Both the position numbers and the translations under genes were made by a program. 64,000 nucleotides of DNA from positions 71,566,583 to 71,630,582 of the forward strand of contig JAUZTB010000087.1 in assembly GCA_034780895.1 (NCBI GenBank), read 5' to 3'. The notes below the pieces were generated by a model. The model was not told the DNA's origin. It did not search any database and saw only the letters and a list, made by a program, of their open reading frames with translations. This DNA comes from Rhynchobatus australiae. Taxonomy: Eukaryota. This document shows positions 62,595-64,000 of the stretch, piece by piece (the stretch's first letter is position 1; every line of letters begins with the position of its first letter).

Positions 62595-62872
62595 AACACA
62601 AGGCAGACTGCAGATGCTGGAATCTGGAGCAACACACAAGATGCTGAGGGAACTCAGTGGGTCAAGCAGCATCTATGGAGAGAAATCTGACTGTGAAATC
62701 ATGAATCTGTGAAACATCCAAACATTGCAATTCATTATTACTCAAGATGTCAGCTCTGTTCAAAAGATGAAAGCTTTCCAGATGAAGGGCCTCGACCTGA
62801 AACGTCGACTGTCCATTTCTCTCGGAAGATGTTGCCTGACCTATTGAGTTCCACCAGCATCTTGTGTGTTGC
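62595..62872 (+). mobile_element. PLE-derived fold-back with the best-preserved hammerhead-like motif
   Basis: Inverted arms about 62629-62686 and 62814-62872; CAGATGA-AGGGCCTCGACCT-GAAACGTC-GACTG at 62779-62811. Confidence 0.85.
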
Positions 62873-63293
62873 ATGTTATTTTTCCTGATGTTTCTCCCTT
62901 GGTGATGTAAGTGATATACGTCTTTCAGAACTATCCTATTAATCTTATTGGGTGCTTCTCGGGGAGGTCTAGTTGTTGGGCATCAATACTTATCATTTGG
63001 CATGGAAGGAATCCAGCCAATCAGCACACACCTATATATACATCTGCTAAAAGAACCCTAAGGCAAACCTTGTCATCAGTTTTTCCATTGGAAGCCAGCA
63101 GAAGCAAGGTTTGCCATCTGGAAAATTGATGGAAGCATGCAGCTATTAAATTCCATGTCAATCAGAAGTAAAATTGCTGGACAAAGATCATATAAACTGC
63201 AAATAATTTATTGTGCTTAGCCGTGAGTTAGTATGGTAACTGGTTTAGTTTTGTTCAATATCATGGTCGCAGCTTTATCACATCGTTCTTCTA

Positions 63294-63766
63294 ATAGAAC
63301 CATAGAACAATACAGCACAATACAGGCCTTTCGGCCCACCATGTTGTGCCGCCCATCAAAACACACCTCACACTATTTAACCCTTTCCTCCCGCATATCC
63401 CTCTATCCCACATTCCTCCATATGCCTATCCAACAATCTCTTAAACCTGTCTAATGTATCTGCCTCCTCCACCACCACCCCAGGCAGCGCATTCCATGCA
63501 CCCACCACTCTGTGGGTGAAAAACCTCCCTCTGACATCTCCCCTGAACTTCCCACCCATAACCTTAAAGCCATGCCCTCTTGTCTTGAGNNNNNNNNNNN
63601 NNNNNNNNNNNNNNNNNNNNNNNNNNNNNNNNNNNNNNNNNNNNNNNNNNNNNNNNNNNNNNNNNNNNNNNNNNNNNNNNNNNNNNNNNGCCTCCACACC
63701 ACATTATAGGAAGGACGTGGAGGCGTTAGAGAGGGTGCAAAGGAGATTTACCAGGATACTGCCTGT
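63294..63766 (-). mobile_element. Young CR1 3' end, with an oppositely oriented CR1 piece after the gap
   Basis: KTRGHGFKVMGGKFRGDVRGRFFTHRVVGAWNALPG on minus; 63698-63766 reads HYRKDVEALERVQRRFTRILP on plus. Confidence 0.9.
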
Positions 63767-64000
63767 TTTGTTTCAGTGTGGTGGCTTGAGCTACTGGATG
63801 TGTCTTCATGCAGATGGAGAGCAGATTTCTCCAGGGCAATTGCTCCTGATTTTGGGCACTCCCTTTGTAGCACACTGCACAAAGTGGAGTGAAGTTTGTG
63901 GAGCCCAGCCTCAAACCAGTTCCCAGCACCATCAAGCTGAAAATATGGCAGCAGGAAGAGTAATGTTGATGAGTGAAGGAATCCCAGAGAACATAATTCA

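Overview
Vertebrate nuclear DNA. The repeat repertoire (CR1, L2, RTE, Rex1, Tx1, Penelope, V-SINEs, DeuSINEs) points to a cartilaginous fish, probably a ray or other batoid (inference). The N-runs look like draft-assembly gaps: several are exactly 100 N and one has duplicated contig ends. The only host gene I can support is missed by the ORF track: the 41-bp first coding exon of FRMPD4 (Preso1) on the minus strand (39383-39423, MDVFSFVKIAKLS-G|gtaagt), inside a CpG-rich promoter/leader at about 39.3-40.7 kb. Bases 1-39382 are therefore intron 1, and about 40.7-64 kb is upstream DNA. Much of the remainder is decayed transposable elements. Best leads: (i) a Penelope-derived fold-back repeat family carrying a decayed minimal hammerhead-ribozyme motif, including a 167-bp copy with a perfect 14-bp target-site duplication; (ii) an out-of-frame uORF overlapping the FRMPD4 start (ATGCATG); (iii) a divergent CCAAT-GC-TATA promoter followed by a 23-codon ORF; (iv) V-SINEs with swapped LINE tails. 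I see no clearly new biological system; these are leads. Repeat boundaries are approximate and family names come from motif recognition, not database searches.
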